Shown: positions 33,962 through 45,348 of the stretch, piece by piece | Numbering within the stretch: the first letter of the stretch is position 1 | Layout: each line of letters begins with the position of its first letter | Assembly: GCA_030167865.1 (NCBI GenBank) | Contig: JALAGF010006047.1 | Location: forward strand, 1 to 49,681 | Direction: 5' to 3' | Source: Craspedostauros australis | Taxonomy: Eukaryota | DNA length: 49,681 bases | Position numbers and translations under genes: made by a program | Notes under the pieces: generated by a model | Told to the model about the DNA's origin: nothing | Databases searched by the model: none | Seen by the model: the letters and a program-made list of their open reading frames with translations, nothing else

Positions 33962-35908
33962 CTACCAATTCTGGATGGTTGCCTCCGCGTACCTTGATTT
34001 GGACGAATTCACCTTGTTGTCCACCCAATCCTTGTCCTTGTAAAAGTGATGCACCAACAGTTGCGGCGGCTGCTGCGACGTTGCAGATGGAGACCCATCG
34101 GCGCAATTCACGTTGATCAGAACGTACTCGTCACCTGCGTGGTGCTGATACTCTTCGCAGGATTTGGGCACGGGATTGACGAACTTGCTGATGATGCCAA
34201 CGACGACATCTTGGTTCAACGCGAAGCTGCGTTCATCCCATCGGTTGGCTGGCTTCCTGTAGCACTGTAGGAGCCTCAACCCCGTTCCCGTGCAATTCAG
34301 ATGCCTTGAGCTGTATTCCCTCAACGGATAGACAATGTGGTTCAGATCCGATTCGAAGAACATCTCGCCGACTGGTGTTGGATGATGTGCTATGTTCGTC
34401 CACCGGCCCTGCATCAGTCCTTCCAACACCCATGGCAAGAACTCGACCACCAGAGACCCCGGCGGCATGAAGAGGGCCTCCGTCAGCTGCGCGCCATGGA
34501 TTCCGATCAGACCATCCAGCGCGGCATGCGCCACCAGATGCTTCACAGGACTCGCCATACTGCCGTCCTCGAGGTTGACCTCAACGCAACGCACCTTGGC
34601 ATCCTTGAAGACCAGGTTGCAATAGTTCTCGGATGATCGCAGACGAAGCCAGCGACGACGAGTGTTGCGCTGCGCCAATCCGATGATCTTGTAGTCTTTC
34701 GTGTTCTTGATGTCCTTCTCTTTTACGCCTTTGGAGATCAGGTACTGCCTCCGCTTGGCTTCGACGGCGTCCTTCACGAAAGGGTCATCTTCCACGAACG
34801 CCTTGCGCAGGAAGCGCCGTGCTATTTCCAGCCTGAGAGGCACATTGCGTTGCTTTCCCACCAGCTTCACCGTTCCAACACCCCCGTCCTCTTCCAGCAG
34901 GTCTTTGTCTTTATCGTCTTTTCTGAAACCACAGAAGAACATACGCTGCACGCACTGGCATTTGGTGTTGTCGAAGAGTATGGATAAAGGAGCAATCGGG
35001 TTGGACGAAAAGGATTCCAGGAGCAACCGATGGCTTTCCAGCAGCTTCATGCGATTGCTGTCTTCACCAAGACCCAGACCCAAATACAGCTGAGTTTGCC
35101 ACCTGAATGTTTCCAGGAATGCAAACAGCTTGTCTTCAGCTGCTGCCGTCGCTCCATCTGCACTTGCATCTGTTTGTGGCATTGTCACATCAGCGATGGC
35201 CTTCAGCAACATTAGGGTTGGGAAGAAGACGCGAACGTAGAATTCACCGAGCATGCTCGTGAACGAACCTTGCAGGATCATGTGGTTGGGCACGGGGGAG
35301 TAGTTGCATCGCCTCATGGCCTGCTGCAAAGTCGCGTTCGAAGCTGGGGTGAGCGGCATGGACGGTTTGATCTCGAAATTCCTTTGGTACGGATTGAAGC
35401 TGTTTCGGCTCAGGTTGTTCTCGAAGTGGATCTTGCTCTTTGGTTGGTGCGGGTTAGGTATCGGCGCCAATCCGTGCTGCTCGGTGGCAACGTGGTGCAT
35501 GGTGGTGTCGTAGAACCAGTTCTGTTGCTGGAAGCAGACGTGCTCGACGTGGTGGCATGACTTCGCCAGTTCCGCGTTGGCGCTCCAGCTGGCGATGTCA
35601 AACCAATCCGCCTTCTGCCATCGTTCGTTCTTGGATTGCGTTCCATTCGGATGCTGCTTCCCAAGCAAGGAACGATTCATCTCCTCTTCCGTCATCTGCG
35701 ACGATGATGTCGGCGCGACCTGTTCATCATCTTCAACCCTGGAGATGGCGCGTTGATCCAGTATTGCGCTTGTCGTTCGCCATGAATTGCACAGCTGCAC
35801 GGCGCAGAAAACGGCAAAGAGCACCATCCACGCACCGCGCCACGGAAAGGGTCTAGCGTTGCTGTCATTGTCCATGGATCTCGATCGAATCGGTGCGTTG
35901 TTCGGCAT
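33962..35908 (-). CDS. Glycosyltransferase family 61-like type II membrane protein, copy 1
   Basis: N-terminal TM (AWMVLFAVFCAVQL); GLAQR..RRRW; LIGIHGAQLTEALFMPPGSLVVEFLP matches the GT61 HGA motif. Start uncertain (35908 or 35876). Confidence 0.8.
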   Translation of the reverse strand: MPNNAPIRSRSMDNDSNARPFPWRGAWMVLFAVFCAVQLCNSWRTTSAILDQRAISRVEDDEQVAPTSSSQMTEEEMNRSLLGKQHPNGTQSKNERWQKADWFDIASWSANAELAKSCHHVEHVCFQQQNWFYDTTMHHVATEQHGLAPIPNPHQPKSKIHFENNLSRNSFNPYQRNFEIKPSMPLTPASNATLQQAMRRCNYSPVPNHMILQGSFTSMLGEFYVRVFFPTLMLLKAIADVTMPQTDASADGATAAAEDKLFAFLETFRWQTQLYLGLGLGEDSNRMKLLESHRLLLESFSSNPIAPLSILFDNTKCQCVQRMFFCGFRKDDKDKDLLEEDGGVGTVKLVGKQRNVPLRLEIARRFLRKAFVEDDPFVKDAVEAKRRQYLISKGVKEKDIKNTKDYKIIGLAQRNTRRRWLRLRSSENYCNLVFKDAKVRCVEVNLEDGSMASPVKHLVAHAALDGLIGIHGAQLTEALFMPPGSLVVEFLPWVLEGLMQGRWTNIAHHPTPVGEMFFESDLNHIVYPLREYSSRHLNCTGTGLRLLQCYRKPANRWDERSFALNQDVVVGIISKFVNPVPKSCEEYQHHAGDEYVLINVNCADGSPSATSQQPPQLLVHHFYKDKDWVDNKVNSSKSRYAEATIQNW

Positions 35909-36504
35909 ATTTGATGGTTTGGCTTGCAGCTTGGCTGCTTGTACATACAAGTACTCGTGCAGCAACGTAGGCAACGAGTGAAGTGGAGACTGAAGCGGAG
36001 CTTCCCTGAGCCGCCACATCCTCTTCGATGACCTCTCTCCTTGGGACATCATTTCAGGGAGTTTGTTCATGTCTTTCTGCCGACCAATCCCTCCTCGTTT
36101 TTTGGCGCCTTTTGTTCTCCTTTCATTTTCTCCATTTGGCGTCAGTCGATTGCGTCAATTATCGTCCTATGTCTTTTTTGTGGACCAACTCGAACACGAC
36201 AGAATCGAAACGAACGTGTCCGAACAGTCTCATTTCACGAACAACTACGTTCGAGGGTATCAACGACTCAGATGAGAAAAGGGAGCTAGGGTAAATATAC
36301 AATACGTATATTTCCATTGTTGACCGTCGCTTCCATCACAGCAAAGCAACAGATCAACCACCTCCAATGGGTGACGAAGCATCTACGAGTGGGGAATACT
36401 AGTGGGGGGCCGGCTACCGAGCATACTATTTTCCTGCAGTCTCCAACACACCATTGCATCAGGACGCGGCCATACCATTGAGTATCGACGATGGATCCGC
36501 CTCT

Positions 36505-38577
36505 TCACTTGCCTTCGCTCTTCATCTCCTCGTACCTCGACTTGGACGAGTTCACCTTGTTGTCCACCCAATTCTTGTCCCTGTAGAAGTGATGCACCAA
36601 CAGTTGCGGCGGCTGCTGCTGCTGTTGGGAAATTGCAGATGGATCCTCAGGAGATTTATCGGCGCAATTCACGTTGGCCAGAACATACTCGTCGCCTGCT
36701 AGGCTCTGATACTCTTCACATGATCTGGGCACGGGATTGACGAACTTGCTGATGATGTCAGCGACCACATTTTCGTTGATTGAGAAAGCTCGATTATCCC
36801 ATCGATTGGCTGGCTTCTTGTAGCACGTAAAAAAGCCCCTTCCAGTCCCTTTGCAGCCAATGTGCGATGCGCTTTCCTCTCTCAGCGGATACGCGATGTG
36901 GTTCAGATCTGTGTTGGAGAACATTTCCCCGACTGGCGTTGGTCCATGGGCCACGTTAGTCCACCGGCCCTGCATCAGTCCTTCCAACACCCATGGCAAG
37001 AATTCGACCACCAGAGACCCCGGAGGCATGAAGAGGGCTTCCGTTAACTGTGCACCATGGATTCCGATCAGGCCATCCAGCGCGGCATGTGCCACCAGGT
37101 GCTTCACCGGACTTGCCATGCTTGTCTTCTCGATGTTTATCACCACGCAATAGACCTTGTCGTTCTTGAAGACTTCGTTGCACTTGTCGACGGATGATTC
37201 CACGTTCAGCCATCTACGACGAGTGTCACGCTGAGCCAACCCGATGATCTTGTATTCCTTCGTGTCCTTGATATCCTCCTCTCTTACGCCCTTGGGTATC
37301 AGGTACTCTCTGCGCTTGGCTTCGACGGCATCGTTCACGATAGAATCATCCTCCACGAAGACCTTGCGCAGGAATCGCCGCGCCAGCTCGAAGTTGAGCC
37401 CCACGCCCGGTACCTTCCCAAGCAATTTTCTTGTTGCAACACTCGCATCTTCAATGAGCAGGTTCTCATCGTCGTCGTTGTTGTTCGTCTTCTTGAATCC
37501 GCAGAAGAACAGACGCTGGACGCACTGGCACTTGGCATTGTCAAAGAGAATAGGCAGAGGGGAAATCGGGTTCGATGAAAGGGATTCCAAGAACAATCGA
37601 TGGCTTTCCAGCAGCTTCAGACGATTCGTATCTTCGCCGAGACCCAAACCCAAGTACAGCTGGGTCTGCCACCTGAATGTTTCCAGGAATGCAAACAGCT
37701 TGGCTTCAGCTACTCGCATCGATCTATTGCCTCTTGCCTTTACTGTTGGCATTGTCACATCAGCAATGGCCTTCAGCAGCTGGAGGGTTGGGAAGAAGAT
37801 TCGAACGTAGAATTCACCGAGCATGCTGGAGTATGTTCCTTGGAGGATCATGTGGTTGGGAATGGGGGAGTAGTTGCATCCCTCCATAGCCTGTTGCAAA
37901 GTTCGCTTCGAATCTGGATTCAGCGGCATAGTCGGCTGAATCTCAAACTGCATGAAGTATGGGTTGATGTGGTGTCTTGACAAGTAAGAGTTGAATTGCA
38001 CGCTCGTCTTTGGTTGATGCGGATTGGATATCGGTGCCAACCCATGCTGTTCCGTGGCAGTGTGATGCATCGTGGTATCGTAGAACCATTGCTGGTGCTG
38101 GAAGCAGACGTGTTCAATATGACGGCACGACTTCTCCAGTTCTGGGTTGGTGTTCCACTTGGCGATATCAAACCAATCGGCCTTGTGCCATCGCTCGTTC
38201 TTGGATTGCGTACCGTTTGATGGTTGCTGCTGTTGTTGTTGCTGTTGTTCTCCAAGCAATGGATGATCGCTCCCATCGACTGTCGTCTCATTCGATGATG
38301 GCGGCTGCATTTGTGGCAATGGCAGCGCGACTTTTGCGTCCGCATTGCTCACTGGCATGGCATTTTGATCAATCACCCGTATGTCGTTGGTTGTCCTCCA
38401 TGATTTGGAAATTTGTGCCACGCAGAAAACGACGAGCAGAGTCACCCACACCTCACGCCATGAGATAGGTTTGGCGCCTCCGTCATTGTTCTTGGACGTC
38501 GATTGGCCCTGCGCCTTGGATGATAGCTTCGATGCTCTTTTTCTTTGGGACGATTCCTTCGACAACTTTGACGGCAT
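36505..38577 (-). CDS. Glycosyltransferase family 61-like protein, copy 2
   Basis: Collinear paralog of copy 1 with the same HGAQLTEALFMPPG motif; TM VWVTLLVVFCVAQI. Confidence 0.8.
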   Translation of the reverse strand: MPSKLSKESSQRKRASKLSSKAQGQSTSKNNDGGAKPISWREVWVTLLVVFCVAQISKSWRTTNDIRVIDQNAMPVSNADAKVALPLPQMQPPSSNETTVDGSDHPLLGEQQQQQQQQPSNGTQSKNERWHKADWFDIAKWNTNPELEKSCRHIEHVCFQHQQWFYDTTMHHTATEQHGLAPISNPHQPKTSVQFNSYLSRHHINPYFMQFEIQPTMPLNPDSKRTLQQAMEGCNYSPIPNHMILQGTYSSMLGEFYVRIFFPTLQLLKAIADVTMPTVKARGNRSMRVAEAKLFAFLETFRWQTQLYLGLGLGEDTNRLKLLESHRLFLESLSSNPISPLPILFDNAKCQCVQRLFFCGFKKTNNNDDDENLLIEDASVATRKLLGKVPGVGLNFELARRFLRKVFVEDDSIVNDAVEAKRREYLIPKGVREEDIKDTKEYKIIGLAQRDTRRRWLNVESSVDKCNEVFKNDKVYCVVINIEKTSMASPVKHLVAHAALDGLIGIHGAQLTEALFMPPGSLVVEFLPWVLEGLMQGRWTNVAHGPTPVGEMFSNTDLNHIAYPLREESASHIGCKGTGRGFFTCYKKPANRWDNRAFSINENVVADIISKFVNPVPRSCEEYQSLAGDEYVLANVNCADKSPEDPSAISQQQQQPPQLLVHHFYRDKNWVDNKVNSSKSRYEEMKSEGK

Positions 38578-39322
38578 GATTATGGCTTTGCTTGCAGCTT
38601 GGCTGCTTGCACAATGAGATGGATATCGAACGAGTGAACAAGCAAGCAAGGAGACGAGCGAAGCGGGGAGCTGCTGTCGCAGTCGCTGTCGCTATTGCCG
38701 TTGCTGTGGATGCCTCAATGCCCAAGCGCTCTTTTTGCTTGCCACTTTTCGTGCTGCGAGTAGTATGGATGCCTCCCCGTTGCGGTCGTCCAGATGAACC
38801 GAGCGGCTTTGCGAATGTCCTTCCTCTTCCCAGAGGCGTGCACTGATGGATGCAAGTGGATGACAGTACGAGTATGGTATGGCAGGGATGTACGCAACGA
38901 TGAGCATTGGGGTGTGTCACCATTCATTCACCAACAAGTCATCCAGCACGTTTCGTCCCTTCAGGTGACTTTGTGTCATCATTCTGGCGTGTGGGTGTTC
39001 TCGTTGTCTCCTGCGTTTTTGGCGCGTGCAGTTCCGTTTCGTTTTCTCGTCCGTTGGAGTCGCATGAATCGATGACGAACCACTGTCCGGCTTGAAGAAA
39101 TCGGTTGGCGCTGCGAACAAATGTCTCCGGACACTCGGGAGAATCGCGGCCTCACTCGGACACTATTTCAACCAAGCCGGACACCAGATTTCAGATTGAG
39201 AGAGGCAATTTGACTGAATTGGAACTATTCCTCAGTTTCGAACTTCCATTTTGACCAATTCGTTAAAAAAAGGTTGCTGGTCAAACAAGTGTCGATGACG
39301 GGTTGGTCGCTCCATTCCTCTC

Positions 39323-42300
39323 CATATCCAAAAAGAAAATTTCTGTCTGGGGAGACCAAAGATGGCCATTTTGGGCTCAGGAGACAAAGTTACCCGGAGG
39401 TTCGCCAAAATCCGGTCAGAGGAGACAATTTTCAGTTCTACGTGATAAATCTCCACGATAGGATTTTTCGGTCGAATACTTCGACTAAAATAAATTCTGC
39501 CAGCTTTTTGTTCTGACATCTCCTCCTCCAAGATTTTCTTCATCGTCATTGTTTCTTCGCTTTCCTCCAGTTGGCAACAACCCTCCCTCTCCAACCTCCT
39601 TGCCTGCTGTGGTTCATTTCATCCCATCATCAACCTNGCACCTCCTTGCTTATCATTCNCAGCATCCCCCATACTGCCTTCTTCTTCCAGCTTGCCTTCT
39701 TCNATACGTCACCTTCATCATGGCATCTTCTCTTCCACCTGATGCTCCCAATGCCAATGACAACTTGCCCACAGCTTCCACTCCACTTGCAACAACCGGC
39801 CATGGAAATGTCTCTCCATCCCAACAGCTTCATCCCTTTGGACACGTTTTGGATGATGGAATGGGTGATGCAGGCAAGCACACCCATGAAGAAGAAGGAG
39901 ATGGCATCTNNNNNNNNNNNNNNNNNNNNNNNNNNNNNNNNNNNNNNNNNNNNNNNNNNTCATTCGCAGCATCCCCCATACTGCCTTCTTCTTCCAGCTT
40001 GCCTTCTTCGATACGTCACCTTCATCATGGCATCTTCTCTTCCACCTGATGCTCCCAATGCCAATGACAACTTGCCCACAGCTTCCACTCCACTTGCAAC
40101 AACCGGCCATGGAAATGTCTCTCCATCCCAACAGCTTCATCCCTTTGGACACGTTTTGGATGATGGAATGGGTGATGCAGGCAAGCACACCCATGAAGAA
40201 GAAGGAGATGGCATCTGTGTCAACAGTGATGACAAGGGCGCGGTGCCAACATTGGCGCCTCCAAATCCTGTTGGCGATTTTGGAGTCCAACCGTGCTCGC
40301 TTCCTGGCTACAGCCATCGCATCGTCCTCCCTCCGAAGAAAGGGAGTCGGGAGATCTCTGTGGAGTGGAAGGTGCTCTCAGCCTACGACCATGCAACAAA
40401 AGTGACTGTTGGAGAAGCGCACAAGCTTGCTCTCCTCCATGCAAAGGAAGAGATTTGTTCACTGCGAACAGTTGTCTTGCAACGCTTCCCCAAGAGTCCT
40501 CCTGGGTCTCTACCATACGTGCCAACACCCCATGACTTGATCCACAATGTGCTGGGTCCCACATCTCCCATTTTCATCCGTGCATTTGGCCCAAGTGGGC
40601 TGGGTTTCTCATATGCTGAGTACATGGAGTTCCTCTATGCCATCACATCACAGATGGTGGAAGGCTGCACCGTTCATCGGCTCTACAATGGCGGCAACGC
40701 TTCCACGCTTCCCAGCTTTCCTGCCAGACAGCACTGCGTCAATCTCTGGGATCGTATTTGACGCAATGGAAACCCTGTCTCTCGGAATGGCCATCGCTTT
40801 GTTTGGACCGAATTGGAAAGTGCTTTCAACTTGACGCTTGAGATTCTTTGTCTTCGNNNNNNNNNNNNNNNNNNNNNNGTCACATTGGATGATGACAAGG
40901 TCCATTGCAGCAGCCGTGCGGAGAGCAGCTATCTGCTTGGCATGAGACATACTCATGCAAATCGCAATGGGTAAGTGACGAACAGCATTGTGTCTTTTGT
41001 TGCAGAGGGGTGGCATCTCCATTTCATATTTCAATTCCTCACCCCAGGTCTCTGTCTTGTTTCCGTCTTCTGCATTCCTTCAGATTAACCCTGAACACTC
41101 TTGTCCAGTCTGCTTCTGGACTTGTTGTGGGGTTGGCTGCGTGCTAAGATGGGTTGGATGACGACACCTATTGGTTGTTCACCCAACTAAAAGAACCAGA
41201 TGGTTCTTTTCGAAATCTAACCCTCATGACAGATCGAGGATACAACTGCCGCAGCACCACCGTCTTCCTCACTCCCAGGGGTGCCAATCTGGAGGGTACA
41301 CACATGCGAGCTGGATACCTACCATTCACCTTCGGCCCATCCATTGGCAAGGGTACACTCCAGATGAATATTGGGAGGAAGGGGCCAAGGATGGTGCATA
41401 GTGCTGTCACCAACAGCATCGGCAAACGACAATTGACATGCTATGGATACCATCTCAACGAACAAACCGTACTTGCACTCTCCACAAGATCAAGTGGCTT
41501 CGAGTGGGACCTCACCCTCACCAATGCCAGTGACCAACAAAAGTACCAAGACATGGTGGAGGACAAGCATGGGAGCAATCCAAGATCTCCACACTACCCA
41601 CATTTCTTCCAAACATGCACTGTCAATCCAACACGATCGTCGGCAGTCAGAGCTGCCATATCCCAAACTCCCCTTGGCACAACTGGTGTTGTGGCTGCCG
41701 CATCCAAGAATGTGAAACAGCGTTGGGCAGATATGGTGTGGGATCTGCCTGTGGGTGGACTCACCTGTGGCCAGGGTGACCATCTGTGGTTCGTCCACTG
41801 CCGCTTCGCGTTCACAAGCACCTCCACCTACAGCATGATACAGAAGGTGCTTGAAAGTGGAGAGTGGTGCAACGCCGACAACGCTACCATATTCAATCAA
41901 CCTGCATGGGAGTGCATTGGCCGCTACTTGGGATATGATGTGCTTGGTCGGAAGGAGAAGTACCACAATGCGTTGCAAGTAGAAAAGGCGAGATTGCGCA
42001 CACTTAATTTATACTCCAAACTCACATCTCCCACCTTCGATTCCCATCATGTTGAAATTGCACTTCTCTCCTCTCTCCGCAACGATGCCCCTGAATAGGA
42101 TGCCTTCCCTGACAAAGACTTCATCGAACTCATGGTAATGTTCTACTGCAGCAAGGCCCAGCAAACCAGAGCCACACAATGCAAAATGCTCCGCACCATC
42201 CTCGCTGATGACGACAAGGTTCGACGGCGATTCGTGGCTGTCAGCGACGCCTCCCTCAAGAAAGACCTCAAAGCTCGTCTCCCCAACACCAACACAACGA

Positions 42301-43202
42301 AAATGCCACGAGAGAAGGTTGTGGAGAGACTGGTTGCCCTGGGCATGAAGGAGATCGAGCAGGAGCCCGACCATCCATCCGGTTTCCAGGCAGGAAGCAC
42401 CACTTCACAGTGGATGCACAAGCTTGACCACGACCTCACGACTCTCATGTTACAATTGTGGTTCATGAAGTCGGTTCGGGGCAAGGCTGGAAAGCTTGCC
42501 AAGGTGGGCCACAAAAACAAAGCTCCCCTCATGAAGCAGGCCCTCCACTGTGTTGGAGTGGGTGGCAAGGGAAGATAGATGAAGGTGATGTACCAAGTGG
42601 GGGTGGTGCAAAACACCGATGCACCAGCTCCACAGAGACGGCGGACGCGCTCGGAGACAACTCCACAACGACCGCGGACGCGCGCAGCAGCTCAACAAGG
42701 AAAGTACAGCCATGGGAATGGGTCAAGATGTAACATATAGCAAACGAATAACACACAAACGTCCATCAATATGGGGTGGTGTATTGTTCCTGTGAAGAGG
42801 CGCGGCCACAAATCATTGTGATGGAAGAGGAAGAACGCTGCAGAACGATCATGTCCTGTGAAGAGTGTGGAGGACGTGGATAAGCATGCAATGAACGTAT
42901 GTATACGAAGAACTGTGATGAGATGCAAGTGGCTCAATGCATCCAGGAGAAGCATTGAGCCATAGTAAATAGGAGGGCATACCAGGATATTGTGAGAAAT
43001 CGGAAAACACGATATGAGGGGGGGGAAAAGTGAGCGCGAACAAATAGTTTTAGTCGAGGTGGTCGAAGAAAATGCCATCGCGATAAAACGTCGCGTTGCT
43101 TGATTTTGGTCTGAGGAGACCAATTTTGGCACTCCTCAAATTCACTTTGTCTCCTGAGACAATTTTGGACTTTTATCGTGGACGAATTTCCTCATGGATA
43201 TG
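39323..43202 (+). mobile_element. Decayed DNA transposon with imperfect terminal inverted repeats
   Basis: Ends are CATATCCA (39323) and TGGATATG (43202). CTCAGGAGACAAAGT...GAGG...GCCAAAAT..GGTC occurs inverted at both ends, with repeated GGAGAC and CCACGATA subterminal motifs. It encloses a broken transposase-like ORF. No TSD is evident, so the exact ends are uncertain. Confidence 0.7.
40027..42958 (+). pseudogene. Transposase-like pseudogene (DDD-type core, YqaJ-like and SAP-like segments, C-terminal Cys/His cluster)
   Basis: One frame runs from MASSLPP (40027) through TLDDDK, an intron at 40971-41083 (GTAAGT..TTCAG), LMTDRGY and EGTHMRAGYLPFTFG. In-frame stops lie at 40759, 41145, 42096 and 42576. 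A frameshifted tail reads YCSC...TIMSCEECG..AC...QCIQEKH. Confidence 0.65.
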
Positions 43203-43338
43203 CAACTTCGCTCAACAATGGTGCGATCTGCATTCCGACTCCTTCAAGAGCATGGTGGAATGCTCTCCACTGGTGAGCCCGCTGTGGGTGACATGGCAGA
43301 ATACTATACTCTCCGGTGCCGCTGCGGCGTAATTTTAT

Positions 43339-45348
43339 CTACTGGTACCTTGATTTCGACGAGTTCACCTTGTTGTCCACCCAATCCTTGTCCCTGTAGA
43401 AGTGATGCACCAACAGTTGCGGCGGCTGCTGCTGCTGTTGGGAAATTGCAGATGGATCCTCAGGAGACTTATCGGCGCAATTCACGTTGGCCAGAACATA
43501 CTCGTCGCCTGCTAGGCGCTGATACTCTTCACAGGATCTGGGCACGGGATTGACGAACTTGCTGATGATGTCAGCGACCACATCTTCGTTGATTGAGAAA
43601 GCTCGATTATCCCATCGATTGGCCATGGCTCTGTAACACGTTAAAAAGTCCATTCCAGTCCCATTGCAGCCAATGTGCGATGCGCTTTCCTCTCTCAGCG
43701 GATACGCGATGTGGTTCAGATCTGTGTTGGAGAACATTTCTCCGACTGGCGTTGGTCCATGGGCTATGTTCGTCCACCGGCCCTGCATCAGTCCTTCCAA
43801 CACCCACGGCAAGAATTCGACCACCAGAGACCCCGGAGGCATGAAGAGGGCCTCCGTCAACTGTGCACCATGGATTCCGATCAGGCCATCCAGCGCCGCA
43901 TGTGCCACCAGATGCTTCACCGGACTTGCCATGTCTCTCTTCTCGATGTTTATCACCACGCAATAGACCTTGTCGTTCTTGAAGACTTCGTTGCACTTGT
44001 CGACGGATGATCCCACGTACAGCCAACGGCGACGACTTTCACGCTGGGCCAACCCGATGATCTTGTATTCCTTCGTGTCCTTGATATCCTCCTCTCTTAC
44101 GCCCTTGGACATCAGGTACTCTCTGCGCTTGGCTTCGACGGCATCGTTCACGATGGGATCGTCCTCCACGAAGACCTTGCGCAGGAATCGCCGTGCTATA
44201 TCTATCTTGATAGGCACCCTGTGTTGCTTTCCCACCAGTACCGGCACCCGAACACGTTCGTCCTCAATGAGCAGGTTCTCATCGTTGGCGTGGTTGTTGT
44301 TGTTCGTCTTCTTGAATCCGCAGAAGAAGAGACGCTGGACACACTGGCACTTGGCGTTGTCAAAGAGTACATGCAGAGGGGAAATCGGGTTCGATGAAAG
44401 GGATTCCAGGAACAATCGGTGGCTTTCCAGCAGCTTCAGACGATTCGTATCTTCGCCGAGACCCAAACCCAAGTACAGCTGGGTCTGCCACCTGAATGTT
44501 TCCAGGAATGCAAACAGCTTGGCTTCAGCTGCTCGCATCGATCTATTGCCTCTTGCCTTTACTGTTGGCATTGTCACATCAGCGATGGCCTTCAGCAGCT
44601 GGAGGGTTGGGAAGAAGATGCGAACATAGAATTCACCGAGCATGTTGGTGTATGTTCCTTGGAGGATCATGTGGTTGGGAATGGGGGAGTAGTTACATCC
44701 CTCCATAGCCTGTTGCAAGGTCATATTCGAATCTGGATTCAGCGGTATAGCCGGCTTCACCTCGAAATCCCTGAGGTAAGGGTTGGTGCGTTTTTTCCTC
44801 ACGTAGTTTGTGAAATGCACGCTCGTCTTTGGTTGATGCGGATTGGATATCGGAGCCAACCCATGCTGTTCCGTGGCAGTGTGATGCATCGTGGTATCGT
44901 AGAACCATTGCTGGTGCTGGAAGCAGACGTGCTCAATATGACGGCATGACTTCTCCAATTCTGGGTTGGCGTTCCACTTGGCGGCATCAAACCAATCGGC
45001 CTTGTGCCATCGCTCGTTCTTGGATTGCGTACCGTTTGATTGCTGCTGCTGCTGTTGTTCTCCAAGCAATGGATGATCGCTCTCATCGACTGTCGTCTCA
45101 TTCGATGATGACAGCGTGACTTCTGTATTTGCATTGATCGTGGGCATGTCGTTTTGACGAATCGCCTGTATGTCGTTGATTGTCGTCCATGGCTTGCAGA
45201 TTCGTGCGGCCCAGAAAATAATGAGCGGAGCAGTCCACACAACATGCCGTGGAAAGGATTTGACACTTCTGTCATTGTTCTTGGACGTCGATCGATCCGG
45301 TACCTTTGATGATCCCGCAGATGATGCCTTCAGAATGGTGGACGGCAT
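43339..45348 (-). CDS. Glycosyltransferase family 61-like protein, copy 3
   Basis: Very close paralog of copy 2 with the same GT61 motif, a weaker TM segment and a shorter C-terminus (SRYQ*). Confidence 0.8.
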   Translation of the reverse strand: MPSTILKASSAGSSKVPDRSTSKNNDRSVKSFPRHVVWTAPLIIFWAARICKPWTTINDIQAIRQNDMPTINANTEVTLSSSNETTVDESDHPLLGEQQQQQQSNGTQSKNERWHKADWFDAAKWNANPELEKSCRHIEHVCFQHQQWFYDTTMHHTATEQHGLAPISNPHQPKTSVHFTNYVRKKRTNPYLRDFEVKPAIPLNPDSNMTLQQAMEGCNYSPIPNHMILQGTYTNMLGEFYVRIFFPTLQLLKAIADVTMPTVKARGNRSMRAAEAKLFAFLETFRWQTQLYLGLGLGEDTNRLKLLESHRLFLESLSSNPISPLHVLFDNAKCQCVQRLFFCGFKKTNNNNHANDENLLIEDERVRVPVLVGKQHRVPIKIDIARRFLRKVFVEDDPIVNDAVEAKRREYLMSKGVREEDIKDTKEYKIIGLAQRESRRRWLYVGSSVDKCNEVFKNDKVYCVVINIEKRDMASPVKHLVAHAALDGLIGIHGAQLTEALFMPPGSLVVEFLPWVLEGLMQGRWTNIAHGPTPVGEMFSNTDLNHIAYPLREESASHIGCNGTGMDFLTCYRAMANRWDNRAFSINEDVVADIISKFVNPVPRSCEEYQRLAGDEYVLANVNCADKSPEDPSAISQQQQQPPQLLVHHFYRDKDWVDNKVNSSKSRYQ

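Noticed and set aside
39653..40216. 257-bp direct repeat (39653-39909 and 39960-40216) as LTRs or a real duplication
   Set aside because: The copies directly flank an N gap and the first contains ambiguous bases, which is typical of an unmerged contig overlap.
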